From Octopus sinensis (Eukaryota): 64,000 bases of DNA. The notes beneath the pieces are model-generated. The model saw nothing but the letters and a program-made list of their open reading frames with translations, was not told the DNA's origin and searched no databases. A program made the position numbers and the translations under genes. The stretch lies in contig NW_021832850.1 in the NCBI RefSeq assembly GCF_006345805.1, forward strand, positions 31,766-95,765, written 5' to 3'. Below are positions 25,200 to 37,742 of the stretch, one piece after another. The stretch's first letter is position 1. Every line of letters begins with the position of its first letter.

Positions 25200-26040
25200 C
25201 AGTATATTTATTTTAGTATGCTTTAGGTAGCAGGATGAGAATAGAAGATATTATTTTGAGTCCGTTTGTTTGAAGAAGATGTTGATCTCAATTTCAGTAT
25301 CTGTTCTTATGATCAAGATGTCCAGGAGGTGTAATTGTTTGTGGCTGTATCCCATTGTAAATTGGATATTGTGATTAAGTTGTTAAATTCTAAGAGTTGC
25401 TAAAAGTTATATGATCACAGAATGAAACAATCAACCAGGTAGTATTTTCAGTTGGTTAGTAAGTATTTTTGGAAGTTGTCTCCAAATTTCAGCCTAGCGT
25501 GCTCCTATATTTCGACTTCCAAATATGCCATGACAAAGTTAGCAAAAGTAGGGTTTACTATCGTTTTCATCGCCGTGCCCATGTTGTGTCTATGGATCTT
25601 CTCGTTGAAGTTGAAGAAGTTGTTCTGTGGGATGAATTTTATTCCTTCAATGATGAATTCTTTTCCGATTCAGTCAGGAAGGTATTCTAGGAATTTTTTC
25701 AGCCAGAACTTTTTGGCTTGTATTTCGCTTTCGTAAGGGATCTAAGTGTAGAAGTTTATTACATCGAATGAAACCAGAAGGGAGTTTTTGCTGGTTTTGT
25801 TCGGGAGATGGTTTAAAAGGTCCAGATCATTCCTTATAAAACTCGGTAATTGTTGGAGAATAAGTTTTAGGAGGACGTCAATAGGGTCTGTGTCTGTGGT
25901 TGCATTTGGGATCTCTCGGATGTAGAATTTTCCTGAATAAAGTTGTTTATTTGTTACAGGCTTCCTTTATGGCTTCCCTTTTGTAGATTTTTGGAAGCCC
26001 TTAAAAGTTGCTGGATTTGCAACTTTCAGTCCTCATCGAT
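25200..26040 (-). mobile_element. Decayed Penelope RT fragment
   Basis: Minus-strand PIDVLLKLILQQLPSFIRNDLDLLNHLP, LLVSFDVINFYT*IP, GTAMKTIVNPTFANFVMAYLE. Confidence 0.8.
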
Positions 26041-26338
26041 TATTTCTAATGCTACTGAATTTTGTGCATTTAAACAAGATGAGCCATATTTGTTATGCTA
26101 TTGAATGTTGGGAACATTTAAATCATTTGAGATTATTGAATTTTGTAAGAATTAAATCATTTAAACACGTTTTTCTACTTTACAATTTTAATTTTTTACC
26201 ATTGATGAACAAACAATTGTTGAAACTAGATTAGTGTTTATGTAAATAAATTTATTTAAAAACAATTACAAGTTTTTCAAATTCAGGTGCATTTTCAACA
26301 TCAAATTCTCATACATACATATATACATACATACATAC

Positions 26339-27516
26339 CGGTCATTTCCGCTCCACCGGTCACTCCTTGCAACACCTATCTGTGTTCGGTTTGTCCTTAC
26401 ACAGAGGCCATCCGGATTCCCGTTTGCGCCGTGAACAGGAATTAATCTTCTCTCTTCGCTCTTATACGCCATTTGGTCTCAACTCTCCCCCCCTCCTCAT
26501 CTAACCCCACTCTCCCCCCTCCTCACCTATCCTTTCTCCCCCCGACCCCTACTTCTTCAGTCCTTCATCCTTTCACCCCTACTCCCCTTCCCTTCTTCCC
26601 TCTTTCTCCCTCCCTCTTCCCCTTCCCTCTGCTCCCTCACTCCCTCTCTCCCCTTCTCTCTCCCCCTCTCCCTCTTTCCTCCTTCATCCCCCTCCTCCCT
26701 TTCCTTCTCCCCATCCTCTCCTCATCCCCCTTTCTCCTCCCCCTCCTCTTCCCCTCCCCCTCTTCTCCCCCTCCCCCTCTTCTCCTCACTACACCACATG
26801 ACTTTACACATCACATCACATATGATGTGCCATACTAATACACACACCAACTAATACATACTAATACGTACTAATACATACTAGTACATACTAATACTTA
26901 CACCAACCCTATACATACACACGTCCAGACCCCGCATACGCACTTATACTCTCACACACACACACACACACACCTATACATACCAATACGTACTAATACA
27001 TACTAATACATACTAATACATACACCAACCCCATACATACGCACGTCCAGACCAATCCTACGCACTAATACTCTCTCATACACACACACACACACACACA
27101 CACCCTTATACATACTAATACATACACCAACCCTATACATACACACATCCAGACCCCTCCCACGCACATTTAGCTGGTCCCTCAACCCTTTTATCAACCC
27201 TATTATCTCCCCTTATTTCGCTCTCGCGTCTCATGTTTGATCTTTGACCTCTGGCCGAAATCAGATCGCCATGTTGATTCGTTAGCTACTGCACGCATTT
27301 TGTTTCTCTCCTTCTTTCTGTGTTTTTCTCTCTCTGTGTATCTTTCTGTTGAAGAGCGTAGGCTCGAAACGTTAAAGACTTGTTTTATTTATATTTCCTG
27401 AGCGCCATACTAATACAATTGTTCGTTTGTTTTCCACCTGCCTTCGTCTTTTGTTTATTTTCATAAAGCTTCCCGTTATATATACATATATATGTATATA
27501 TACATATATATATATG

Positions 27517-27571
<55 letters not shown>
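26339..27571 (+). mobile_element. PLE 3-prime fragment (deleted GIY-YIG end, pyrimidine-rich UTR, hammerhead-bearing pLTR) flanked by a direct repeat
   Basis: PCNTYLCSVCP and RLRREQELIFSLRSYTPFGLN peptides; aacatcaaattctc(atac)n at 26297 and 27572. Confidence 0.75.
27341..27378 (+). ncRNA. Hammerhead-like motif with variant core CUGUUGA
   Basis: UCUUU-CUGUUGA-A-GAGC-GUAG-GCUC-GAAA-CGU-U-AAAGA; related copies at 24311-24348 and 39362-39395. Confidence 0.65.
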
Positions 27572-27573
<2 letters not shown>

Positions 27574-27586
27574 CATCAAATTCTCA

Positions 27587-27698
<112 letters not shown>

Positions 27699-27699
27699 G

Positions 27700-28496
27700 T
27701 GTGGTATGATCAATGAGTATCCGGACTGTTGTCATAGTGACAAGCTAAAGCACGCAGAGTGAAGCCGCTGCGCATGCGCTCTAAGATTTAATATTGTAGC
27801 TCACTTCCCTTCTTTGCAGCAGTGCTTGGAAGGAGAAAATTGAGCAGAGAATCTGGGCTAAAGTTTGTGAAAAGCTTAGCGATACCTGCTAAGAGGGTTA
27901 CGCAAAGTTTTCAAAACATTTTCATCGTTCTCGACACAATCAAGGAAATCTTGTGCAACTGAAACCTGTGTATCTTCTTGTCATCTGAAAGCAGTTTTGG
28001 CACAAACTTGGTAGATACGCGTCTCATACCCAAATCGCTAGTGATAATGGACTGAACTGAACCGGAACTAATCTGCACATCCTCTGATAATTCACGGATA
28101 TTTATTCGACGATTTCCCCTCAGAGCTGCACGCACATCTGCGATGTTTTCCTCTGGTTGCAACTTTCCTGGAATGTTCGTCAATACCGGCAATCTTGGAA
28201 ACGTCTGAAACACTTGTACATATGCGTGCGGCTCATACACTCTTCGCCATATACTTTCTGCAATTTTGTGTAGGTCTCTGAGCAGGTGTCACCATGACAA
28301 CTTCCTCTGTCATGGTCAATGCGACTATAACACGCTACACACCTTCCTATCAAGTATTGCAGAAAACAGCGAAAGTAAGCTAGAAAGTTAAAATTACTGC
28401 ACAGCAGAGTTCACGGTTAATTTTTGCCAGGCGACTTTACTGTGTGCATTAGCTTCGTTACTATGGCAAGAGTCCGGATACTTATTGATCACCTTA
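27700..28496. mobile_element. Composite mariner remnant: two 5-prime halves joined tail-to-tail
   Basis: TIR GATCAATxAGTATCCGGACT at both ends; + strand EKIEQRIWAKVCEKLSDTC (27830-27907) abuts - strand ...YGEECMSRTH...RRINIRELSEDVQISSGSVQSIITSDLGMRRVSTKFVPKLL. Confidence 0.75.
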
Positions 28497-28499
28497 TGA

Positions 28500-29370
28500 A
28501 GTGGTATCAACCAGTACAGTAGCGCGCCAAGAGATGGAAGCACATGGTAGCGTGTGCAGTGAGAGCTAGCAGTGGCCTTTATGAGGCAATATACTGAGTG
28601 ACATTGCTGAGTTTACTTTGCGAGTTGTGCATCTTCTAGTTTGTGATCCCGTGTATGCTGTAGTTTGCGATTTTGTCATGGACAAGTAGATGGATCCAAC
28701 GTGAAATTTTGCGTTAAACTTGGGACGCCTGCTACACAGACATAGAACATGCTTACGACCATGAAGCAATGGATCGTACGCAATGTTTCGAGTGGAACGA
28801 GCGATTCAAAAGCAGACCAACGTTCCTCGAAGATGATAAACCAAATGGAAGACCTACCACGACAGATAGCCCGGAAAATATAGTATTGTGCGTCGAGAAT
28901 TTGTGCTGCAGGGCCTGAGAATCGATCGGGAATTTTAATCCGATGTTTTGGAGCGTTAGGGAAGGTCATTCAGGAAAGCCATCGGGTCTGTGGAGCCCAA
29001 AGAATTGGATTCTTCGAGAAGAAAATGCAACCTGTAACCAAGCTCTCCTCACTCGTGAATTTCTCGCCAAAAGCAACTAACTAACTAACTAACATGGTAT
29101 TGCTTTTCACCATTCCTATTCGCTGGGTTTAGCAACTGAGGACTGGCATTTCTTCCCCGTCGCCGTTTTACCACGCTTGTCGAGATCCAGAGCGAATCAC
29201 AGAAGGTCCCCGACTCACTTACGGGAAACGACTTCCAGACAGGATTCCAAAAATGGTATGAACGCTGGAAACTGTGTATTGCTATGCAAGGTGACTATTT
29301 CCAAGGAAATAATGTTAAATCTTAGTTATATAGTTAAATAAGGATTTTTTTTATTAAACATAACACCCAT
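28500..29370 (+). mobile_element. Decayed, internally deleted mariner (different family)
   Basis: Frameshifted KFCVKLG...EDDK..GRPT and ...REFLAKSN...KWYERWKLCIAMQGDYF peptides. Confidence 0.7.
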
Positions 29371-30369
29371 GTGGTGGTGTTAAACTGAACGAGAGGTTAG
29401 GCGTAACCTAAAACAGAGTTCAGGACGTTCCGATGGGCTTCCATACTGTTTACATCAACTAAATCATAAAACTGTAGATGATCGATTTTTAAAAACGCTC
29501 ACAAAGAATTTCACGTTGATGGATTAAAAACAGGACTAAAAAATTGACAAACGAGCATCTTAGCCACACCACCAAGCCCGCTTCCCTTATATTGAGTTAT
29601 AAAGAAATAAACAAACGAAAAACCACCACATATATTAGCTAAATAGAGGACTTGGCCTCCTGGCTACCGTTTGCGATCCAGCTTCTAACTTTCCTTCATA
29701 TCTAGTGGGGAGTTGTTGGTATCCACTTATACACGCTCGTGACACCACTTTAATGTTGTTCTACTCGTGTTACCCCCAGAGCACATCAGCATGTACACTT
29801 ACTCAACTTCCATATATCTGTCCGACCAATGACACAGTTCGTCTCGAGTTGAGTCCAGGATATGACGTTGAAGACTCAAAACGAAAGAGGAATATCAATA
29901 TCTGTTTTTTTTTTTTTGTTCACTTCTTTATTACAGCTGCAAAACAAAATCACAAAACCGGAATAAAATTTTGTTGGTACATTTATGATTTGACATCAAA
30001 TCATATGTTATATGCAACATCACAATCTTATTCCAGTCCTGGCCACAACAGTTTGACGGGCGGAAAGTGAATCTTTGAGTAACTGTTTTGCGATGATTTT
30101 GTAGCTTTAATAAAAAGTACTTTACTCTACCTTCGGTATTCGTGTATTGTTCTTTTTCACCTTGTTTTGTGTTTGTGCTTACTCGTCTGTGTGTTTGTGT
30201 GTGTCTTTTAAATTTTTTACGAGACCCCTTTTGAATATGCACATAAAGTTCCTATTCCATTATGCCGGCCACAGCCTAACGATACTGACTGGTGAACCTG
30301 TCTCTTGAGGTAGCATCGAGCTGTATAGATATAAGGCAAGATAAATATAATAGTAATGACAACACTAAC

Positions 30370-30804
30370 CTTTGGATAGAATTTATAAACATTTAATGCT
30401 TCATTACGCGCATTTCTACCATTCATATGTCTCTTAAGATCACCGACCGTATTCCGGGGATTATTACATTGTAGCCCGTAGTACCCGTGGGCATCACGTT
30501 GATCATCTTCGTGGATTAAATCTCTTGAGTCGATATTACATTCATGGATGTACAACAGAGGGACGCTCATCCTATTTGACTCACTCTAGTTTCATACTCG
30601 TCGAAAGGTTTAAGCGCCCCTCTGTAGTACATCCATTCATGTTCTATCGCCCGAGGAAATGAATCCATGAAGATGATCAACTGATGACCACGGAGGATAC
30701 TACGGTCTATACTGTAATCATACCCGGAATACGGACTCCGATCTCAAGGGAGTGAATTGTAGAAAGCGCGTAGCAATGCATTAAATGTTTGTAAATTCCA
30801 TCAA

Positions 30805-30806
<2 letters not shown>
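30370..30806. repeat. Long imperfect inverted repeat (~195-bp arms, 47-nt apex)
   Basis: 30370-30566 pairs with 30614-30806 with regularly spaced small internal loops. Confidence 0.9.
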
Positions 30807-30847
<41 letters not shown>

Positions 30848-30965
30848 ATATATATATATAATATATAATATAATGTACATGCATATATGTACGTACTTAC
30901 ATACATACATACATACAGAGACACACACACACACATACACATATATATATATATATTATATATAC

Positions 30966-31027
<62 letters not shown>

Positions 31028-31591
31028 TGTATGGGTACGCGACGTCATAAAATGTAAATATCAGGAATACGAAGACATGGAATACGAACTTTTATGCGAA
31101 CAATGAAAGATGCAAATCGGAAACAAGACAAATAACATAAAGAACGACCCTTCATCAGCTGTCAGCACTTTTATCTACTCCATATTTCGAGCAATTACGT
31201 CAAGATGGATCTTCGAGAAACAGTTGCTCCTGCAAAGCGAAGTAGAATTTAGGATTTGCGGAGATCAAAGCCGGTAACAAAATCCGGACTGTGAAAACAA
31301 ACAGTAATGCCTGCTAAGCCATAACGAAGGGATGTGGTGAACTCTAGAGGAACAAGTTTTGACAGGAGAAAAGTTAGGTGAGGAGACAGACAAGAATGCG
31401 TGTGATCTGTGTGGTAGATCAAAAGGAAAGAAAGTTAGGTAAAGAAAAATAGCCTATGGTCATGTGTGAGCATTGAGAGAATAAATGAGGAGGAAGGTTA
31501 GGAGAGAGAGAAGGACAGATAGAGAATGGTACAGAGAGTAGCATCAAAATTATTAAGATAAACTTATTTGGAAATTGTTGCGTGGCTTTCA

Positions 31592-31629
<38 letters not shown>

Positions 31630-32488
31630 CACACACACACATCATATATATATATAATATATATATATATATATAATATATATATATATTAACTGGATGT
31701 ATTATAAAACTATTCCGCACATACAATAACAGCCATACCAACAATCCAACATACTGCCATCATCAGCTGTCTCACGGATATCATTATGGTTTTGACACCA
31801 GGGCAGTACCATTCAATCCAGCGGTGTCAACAGCACTAAAATAAGTGTTGTTTAGGAACAAACATACCTTAGATATCATCACATTCATTCAATTTTAATT
31901 CTAGGAAGGATTAAACACTAACATTATTAATTAAACTACAACAAAGAAACACATTTATCCTATGTATCGGTATCGGTAAATAAATTCAATAAGTAAACCT
32001 ATAACGGACTCCTAAAATATCTAATTAAATAGCGACCTAAGCTTTGAAGTCCATACAGATAATACTCCCACCAGTGTTCCACGCACTGGGGTCGATGTAA
32101 TCGACTTAATCCCTTTGTCTGTCCTTGTTTGTCCCCTCTGTGTTTAGCCCCTTGTGGGTAGAAAAGAAATAAATATAAAAGTGCAATTCTCTTCGCTCTA
32201 AAACAAAACAAAACAAACTCGATTATACGTGTGTGTGTCTGTCTGTATATCTGCACACGCACATACATATATGTGTATTTATGTATTATATAAATGAATG
32301 TATTTTGTGTTGATGAGAAGAAAAAGGTGCAGCTGTATTGTAAGAAGTTTTCTTCCCAACCATATGATTCCAGGCTCAGTCCCACCGCGTGGCACATTGA
32401 GCAGGTGTCTTCTGGGATAGCCTCGGGCCAACCAATACCTTGTGAGTAGTTGTGGTCGGAAATTGATAGAATTCTTATTGCGTCTGTA

Positions 32489-33730
32489 CGAGGGGCGTTC
32501 AATAAGTAATGCCCCTGACCCACTTCCCATAGCAGTAGAGCAACGACACTTGGCACAGTTATTAGTCTTTTCCTACATAGGAACTACCCAGAGTTATGCA
32601 TTTCTCCCCTCGTTTGATACAGCTCTGGAGACCGTTTTTGTAGAAGACCCCAGCTTGGTCCTCCAGCCACGACGTGACTTCAGAAATCAAGGCTGTATCA
32701 TCTGGGAAACGCTTTCCTTTCAAAATCAACTTCATGGCTGGGAAGAGCTGAAAATCAGAGGATGCAAGGGGAGGAGTTCATAGCTGCACGCCTGTGCTTC
32801 TGATCTGGCGACACGCGAGTTGTGGACCGGAGCGTTGTCCTGCAGGAGGAGGATGCCTTTGCTGATCTTGCCCCGACTCTTGATTTTGATAGCTTCTCTT
32901 AATTTCCTCAAAAGTGAAGCATAATAGGCTCCTGTAATTGTGGTACCTTTTGCCAGGAAATCTGTCATCACTACTCCGTCCTGGTCCCAGAAGACTGTGA
33001 GCATAACCTTGTCAGCGGAGGGCTGCACCCTTGCCTTCTTTGGAGGAGGTGAGTCACGGTGCTTTCACTGCATTGACTGGGCTTTGGTCTCTCGATCATA
33101 GTGATGGACCCAGGTTTTATCCTGTGTGATCAGTCTTTTGAAAAATGTTGACTCATCTTCTTGGCACATCTCCAAATTCCTCCTCGAGCACTCAACGCGT
33201 TCTTGCTTCTGGAAAGGTGTGAGCAACCTGGAAATCCATCTGGCAGACACCTTTTGCATATGCAAATGGTCATGAATGATAGTTTCCACAGACCCTGTAC
33301 TAATCTTGACCTTATGGGCTATTTGGCGAATAGTTATGCGTTGACCTTCCAAAATGGCAGCCTCAACTTGACGGACAGACGTCTCATCAACGGCAGAAGG
33401 GGGCGACCAGATCTGGGAGATGTTTCCACAGAGTTCCGACCATGTTTGAATTCACAATGCCAGCGTTTTACAAGGTCATATGATGGGGCATCATCACCAT
33501 AAGTTACTTTCATTTCATCAAAAGTCTCCCGTGGTGTGCGTCCTTTCAAATACAAAAACAGATCACTGCTCGACACTCAACAGGCTCCATTTCACACTTG
33601 ACTCAGTTCAAACACCTGTAAATCAGAAACCACAATTAGTTCAGAGCTGTAATTCGCCACTTAATCTATAGAGGTATAAGTAAGTGCGCATGCAAGTGGG
33701 TCAGGGGCATTACTTATTGAACGCCCCTCG
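32489..33730 (-). mobile_element. Mariner, same family as 1767-3056, defective, inserted into a SINE
   Basis: Same TIRs, TA TSDs at 32487-88 and 33731-32, frameshifted transposase fragments on the minus strand; SINE sequence appears to continue on both sides. Confidence 0.95.
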
Positions 33731-34410
33731 TATTTCTTACATACCACCGCTGGAAAACCGATGTTGTTATGTTTACGTCCCCTTATCTTAGCCATTCGGT
33801 AAATGAGGCCAATAGGATGAGCACCAGCTTACAAAATAAGTACTTGTGCTGATTCTTTCTACTGAAGTTTTCAATGCGTTGCCCTTGCATGGATCCAATT
33901 AGTGACTGAAATAAGATACAATTTAAGAAGATATAACGCCTTTTTAGCTTCGTCAAATCTGTTTGTGGAGAGAGCTGATCTGAAACAGTATCGTTTCTAT
34001 ATAAGACCGAACATGTGGGGCTTTCATAGTTCAGGGGGACGTAATCCTGATATGTGTAACGGTAAACTTTTTCCCCATCAACAGACATAAATCTATTTGC
34101 TATTTTTCGCGGGGGGAGGGACCAAGCCCCTTTGTGTACTGATGTATTAACACGTTCATAAACAGTTAAGGTGTTCAAAAACATCTCTACGCATATTAGG
34201 ATATTAAAGCGTTTCTAGAAATATCCCAGTTTGTGTTTTCGCGGAAAAGTTTTCACTAGATTTTTATTTTCACTAACAAACATTTTGGTTATGGCATTCA
34301 TATGGCTGGGATGAACATAAATATCATTTTTTTATATTCCACAAGATTTATAAGTTATTCCACTTGATGTCAGCTAAAAATTAAAAAATCTTTTTTTATT
34401 TATATTAAAG

Positions 34411-34497
34411 ACCAATGTGATATCACCAAAGGAGATTGCGTCGCAGATAATAAGAGGGAAGAACATTATTGTAAAAGGACTTGCTTCAGAAAACCTG
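34411..34497 (+). CDS. Host gene exon 2: Cys-rich segment (Y)QCDITKGDCVADNKREEHYCKRTCFRKP
   Basis: T-rich tract + AG acceptor, GTAAGT donor, 87 nt, phase 1-1, open frame with 4 Cys. Confidence 0.75.
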
Positions 34498-34881
34498 GTA
34501 AGTTTAGTAGTATTAGTGTTATTTTATATCATTTAATAGAATAACATGATACAGCTCTTGCTCTCATATTTTGCATGTTCCATCACCCTGTAATAGTTTT
34601 AGAATCCTTCAATAGAGTGCGGTTTCTTATTGCATTGTGAGTGCTATTATATGTAATTATATGTACGTGTACATGTTCACACATGTCTGAAATACTGATT
34701 CCGTTCTGTAAATTACCATCACAGTAAAGAAGACAAAGAGGACCACGATGCGTATTCTATAAGAAGACAGAGAATGACTAAGAGCAAGAGAAGATACGTA
34801 TCAATTGATAACTATGAATCAATTTTAGGCAGAAAGCATTAGAAAAGTTTTCTCATGGCTACATATTTTAATATATCTATA

Positions 34882-35015
<134 letters not shown>

Positions 35016-35366
35016 TATATGTGTATATATAACTAATAATATGAATTTTAAATATCAGAAAAAATTCATTTCTAAATTTTTCAAAGTAGATACCTTTCGT
35101 TATAATAAAATTAAAATGTAGCTGATGTTAACATTATTAACATGTTTTTGTTTACAGTGTTCATATGATAAATTTTATATTATCATACCAAATACTACGC
35201 ATTATTCTTTTCGGATTTAGTTTGCTTCGAAAAGTGATGGGAATATCACCCGTATTATTACACGCGGAGTCATTTATTTATAATGAAGCTATGTCCTATA
35301 ATTTGCTACTTTTCTTTACACTAAGAGAGAGGATACATTGCGGAACTGTTATTTTAACGAGTTCTA

Positions 35367-36596
35367 CGAGAGGCGTTCAATAAGTAATGTCCCTGACCCG
35401 CTTCCCATAGCAGTAGAGCAACGAAACTTGGCACAGTTGTTGGTCTTTTTCTACATAGGAACCACCTAGAGTTACGCATTTCTCTCACCACGACGTGACT
35501 TCAGAAATCAAGGCTGCATCATCTGGGAAACGCTTTCCTTTCAAAAGCAACTTCATGGCTGGGAAGAGGTGAAAATCAGAGGGTGCAAGGTCAGGAGAGT
35601 AGGGGGATGGGGGAGGAGTTCATAGCCGCACGCCTGTGCTTCTGATCTGGCGACACTCGAGTTGTGGACCAGAACGTTGTCCTGCAGGAGGAGGATGGCT
35701 TTGCTGATCTTGCCCCGACTCTTGATTTTGATAGCTTCTCTTAATTTCTTCAAAAGTGAAGCATAATAGGCTCTTGTAATTGTGGTACCTTTTGCCAGGA
35801 AATCTGTCATCACTACTCCGTCCTGGTCCCAGAAGGCTGTGAACATGTCCTTGCCAGCGGAGGGCTGCACCGTTGCCTTCTTTGGAGGAGGTGAGTCACG
35901 GTGCTTCCACTGCATTGACTGGGCTTTGGTCTCTGGATCATAGTGATGGACCCAGATTTCATCCTGTGTAATCAGTCTTTTGAAAAATTTTGACTCATCT
36001 TTTTGGCACATCTCCAAATTCATCGTCGAGCACTCAACGCGTTCTTGCTTCTGGAAAGGTGTGAGCAACCTGGGAATCCATCTGGTAGACACCTTTTGCA
36101 TATGCAAATGGTTATGAATGATAGTCTCCACAGACCCGGTACTAATCGTGACCTCATGGGCTATTTGGCGAATAGTTATGCGTCGATCTTCCAAAATGGC
36201 AGCCTCAGCTTGACGGACAGATGCCTCATCAATGACAGAAGGGGGGCGACCAGATCTGGGAGCTGTTACACAGAGTTCCGACCATGTTTGAATTCACGAT
36301 GCCAGCGTTTTACAAGGTCATATGATGGGGCATCATCACCATAAGTTACTTTCATTTCATCAAAAGTCTCCATGGTGTGCGTCCTTTCAAATACAAAAAC
36401 CAGATCACTGCTCGACATTAACAGGCTCCATTTCACGCTTGACTCAGTTCAACACACTGTAAATCAGAAACCCCAATTAGTTCTGATTTAATTTGCCACT
36501 TAATCTATAGAGGTATAAATAATTGCACATGCAAAGTTTCAGCTAGACCAAAGAAATGCAAGTGGGTCAGGAGCATTACTTATTGAACGTCCCTCG
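35367..36596 (-). mobile_element. Mariner, same family, defective
   Basis: Same TIRs, TA TSDs at 35365-66 and 36597-98; 213-aa ORF 35553-36194 with ITQDEIW and QDNVLVH. Confidence 0.95.
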
Positions 36597-37589
36597 TACC
36601 TGTTAATCACACGAAGAGACACATCTGCACGGTCGGATGCGCCTGACACAGTTGAGAAGTATCCCACCCGTGAGGGATCGATGCTAGATGCTAGATGTGT
36701 CGAAACAATTGTATTGTATTTTCGAGTTCATAAAAGTGTACAATGGACCTCTGCTTTGAAGGTTGTGAAACATTTATATTCCACGCAATAAAAGTTGACA
36801 AAGCTGTTAATGTGGAATAACCAGTTTTTAACAAAGCTTAAGAAAAAATATACGTGTTTGTGTATTCTCCTCTACGAATGTTAAATCTTCAATTTATCCC
36901 AGTACTACTAGGCACATCTCACCGTTTTTCCTGGGAGTAAATAAAGCAAATGGAAAGAACCTCTTAATTTTTTAAGAATTTCAATAATTCAGAATTATTA
37001 GAAAAAAATGACAAACCTAATATTCTGCATTGATGAGTGGCACCTCTCCTCTCGTTAGTTGACCAGATAAACTCATATAGTAATTCTCTGAGAGAAAAAT
37101 ATATGGGATGGGTTGAGTAGAAATGGGATAGACATAGGTGTAAAGCCTTCAATCGTAGATCAACTCAGTCAATGCTGAGTGACGGATAAAGAACAACAAA
37201 AGCATTAAGCATGCGTCATTAAATGTGAGGAAAATATATACACGAAATATATTTTAAAACCCTCAGAATCTGTAGTTCATAGACACTAATTATCAATTTT
37301 CTTTCACTTCTTAAATCAAAAATGTGCGATAAATAGTAAATTAATGTTTAGGGCAGACAGAGGAGCGTCGCAGAAGTAAACCGTTTGTGAACCGATTCTA
37401 ATAGATTAATTTATTCCTTATCACTGAGATTGCTAATGCTCTTTAAATTATATGAATCACAACGCTATATTCATCTAAAGCTTTTTATATAACATAGATA
37501 TAGTTTAATATGAAGGAAATCAATATTATGTATTAAGACAATAATTGAAAGAGATTTTGTAATATTGTTGATGTATTATTTGTTTTCAG

Positions 37590-37742
37590 AAAGTTGTAAC
37601 GATCATAAAGGTGTTGACTTGTTTGGGAAAGACCAGAGATACCAATGTAACTGTAAATACCTTAGTGACTGTCAGTTCCAAATCCTTAGTAAATGTAAAA
37701 ATGGATGCTTACCTGGATTTAAAAAGCCATATTGTCAAAAAC
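37590..37742 (+). CDS. Host gene exon 3: EGF-like module (MEGF10/laminin-EGF type) ESCNDHKGVDLFGKDQRYQCNCKYLSDCQFQILSKCKNGCLPGFKKPYCQK
   Basis: ttttcag acceptor, GTAAGT donor, 153 nt, phase 1-1, CxC...C...C..GC.PG....CQ spacing. Confidence 0.85.

Noticed and set aside
26473-26838. 121-aa Pro/Leu/Ser-rich ORF
   Set aside because: Product of a C/T low-complexity tract in a PLE UTR
29786-29910. Possible extra exon after ccccag
   Set aside because: The phase-1 reading hits TGA, and there is no good donor
30681-30775. Plus-strand CUGAUGA...GAAAGCGCGUA inside the rod arm
   Set aside because: No stem I or stem II pairing can be drawn
31141-31260. Minus-strand GAGCAA/UUGCUC-GAAA plus a separate CUGAUGA
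   Set aside because: The core before the stem is unrecognisable, position 17 would be G, and the CUGAUGA has no partner GAAA; too degenerate to call
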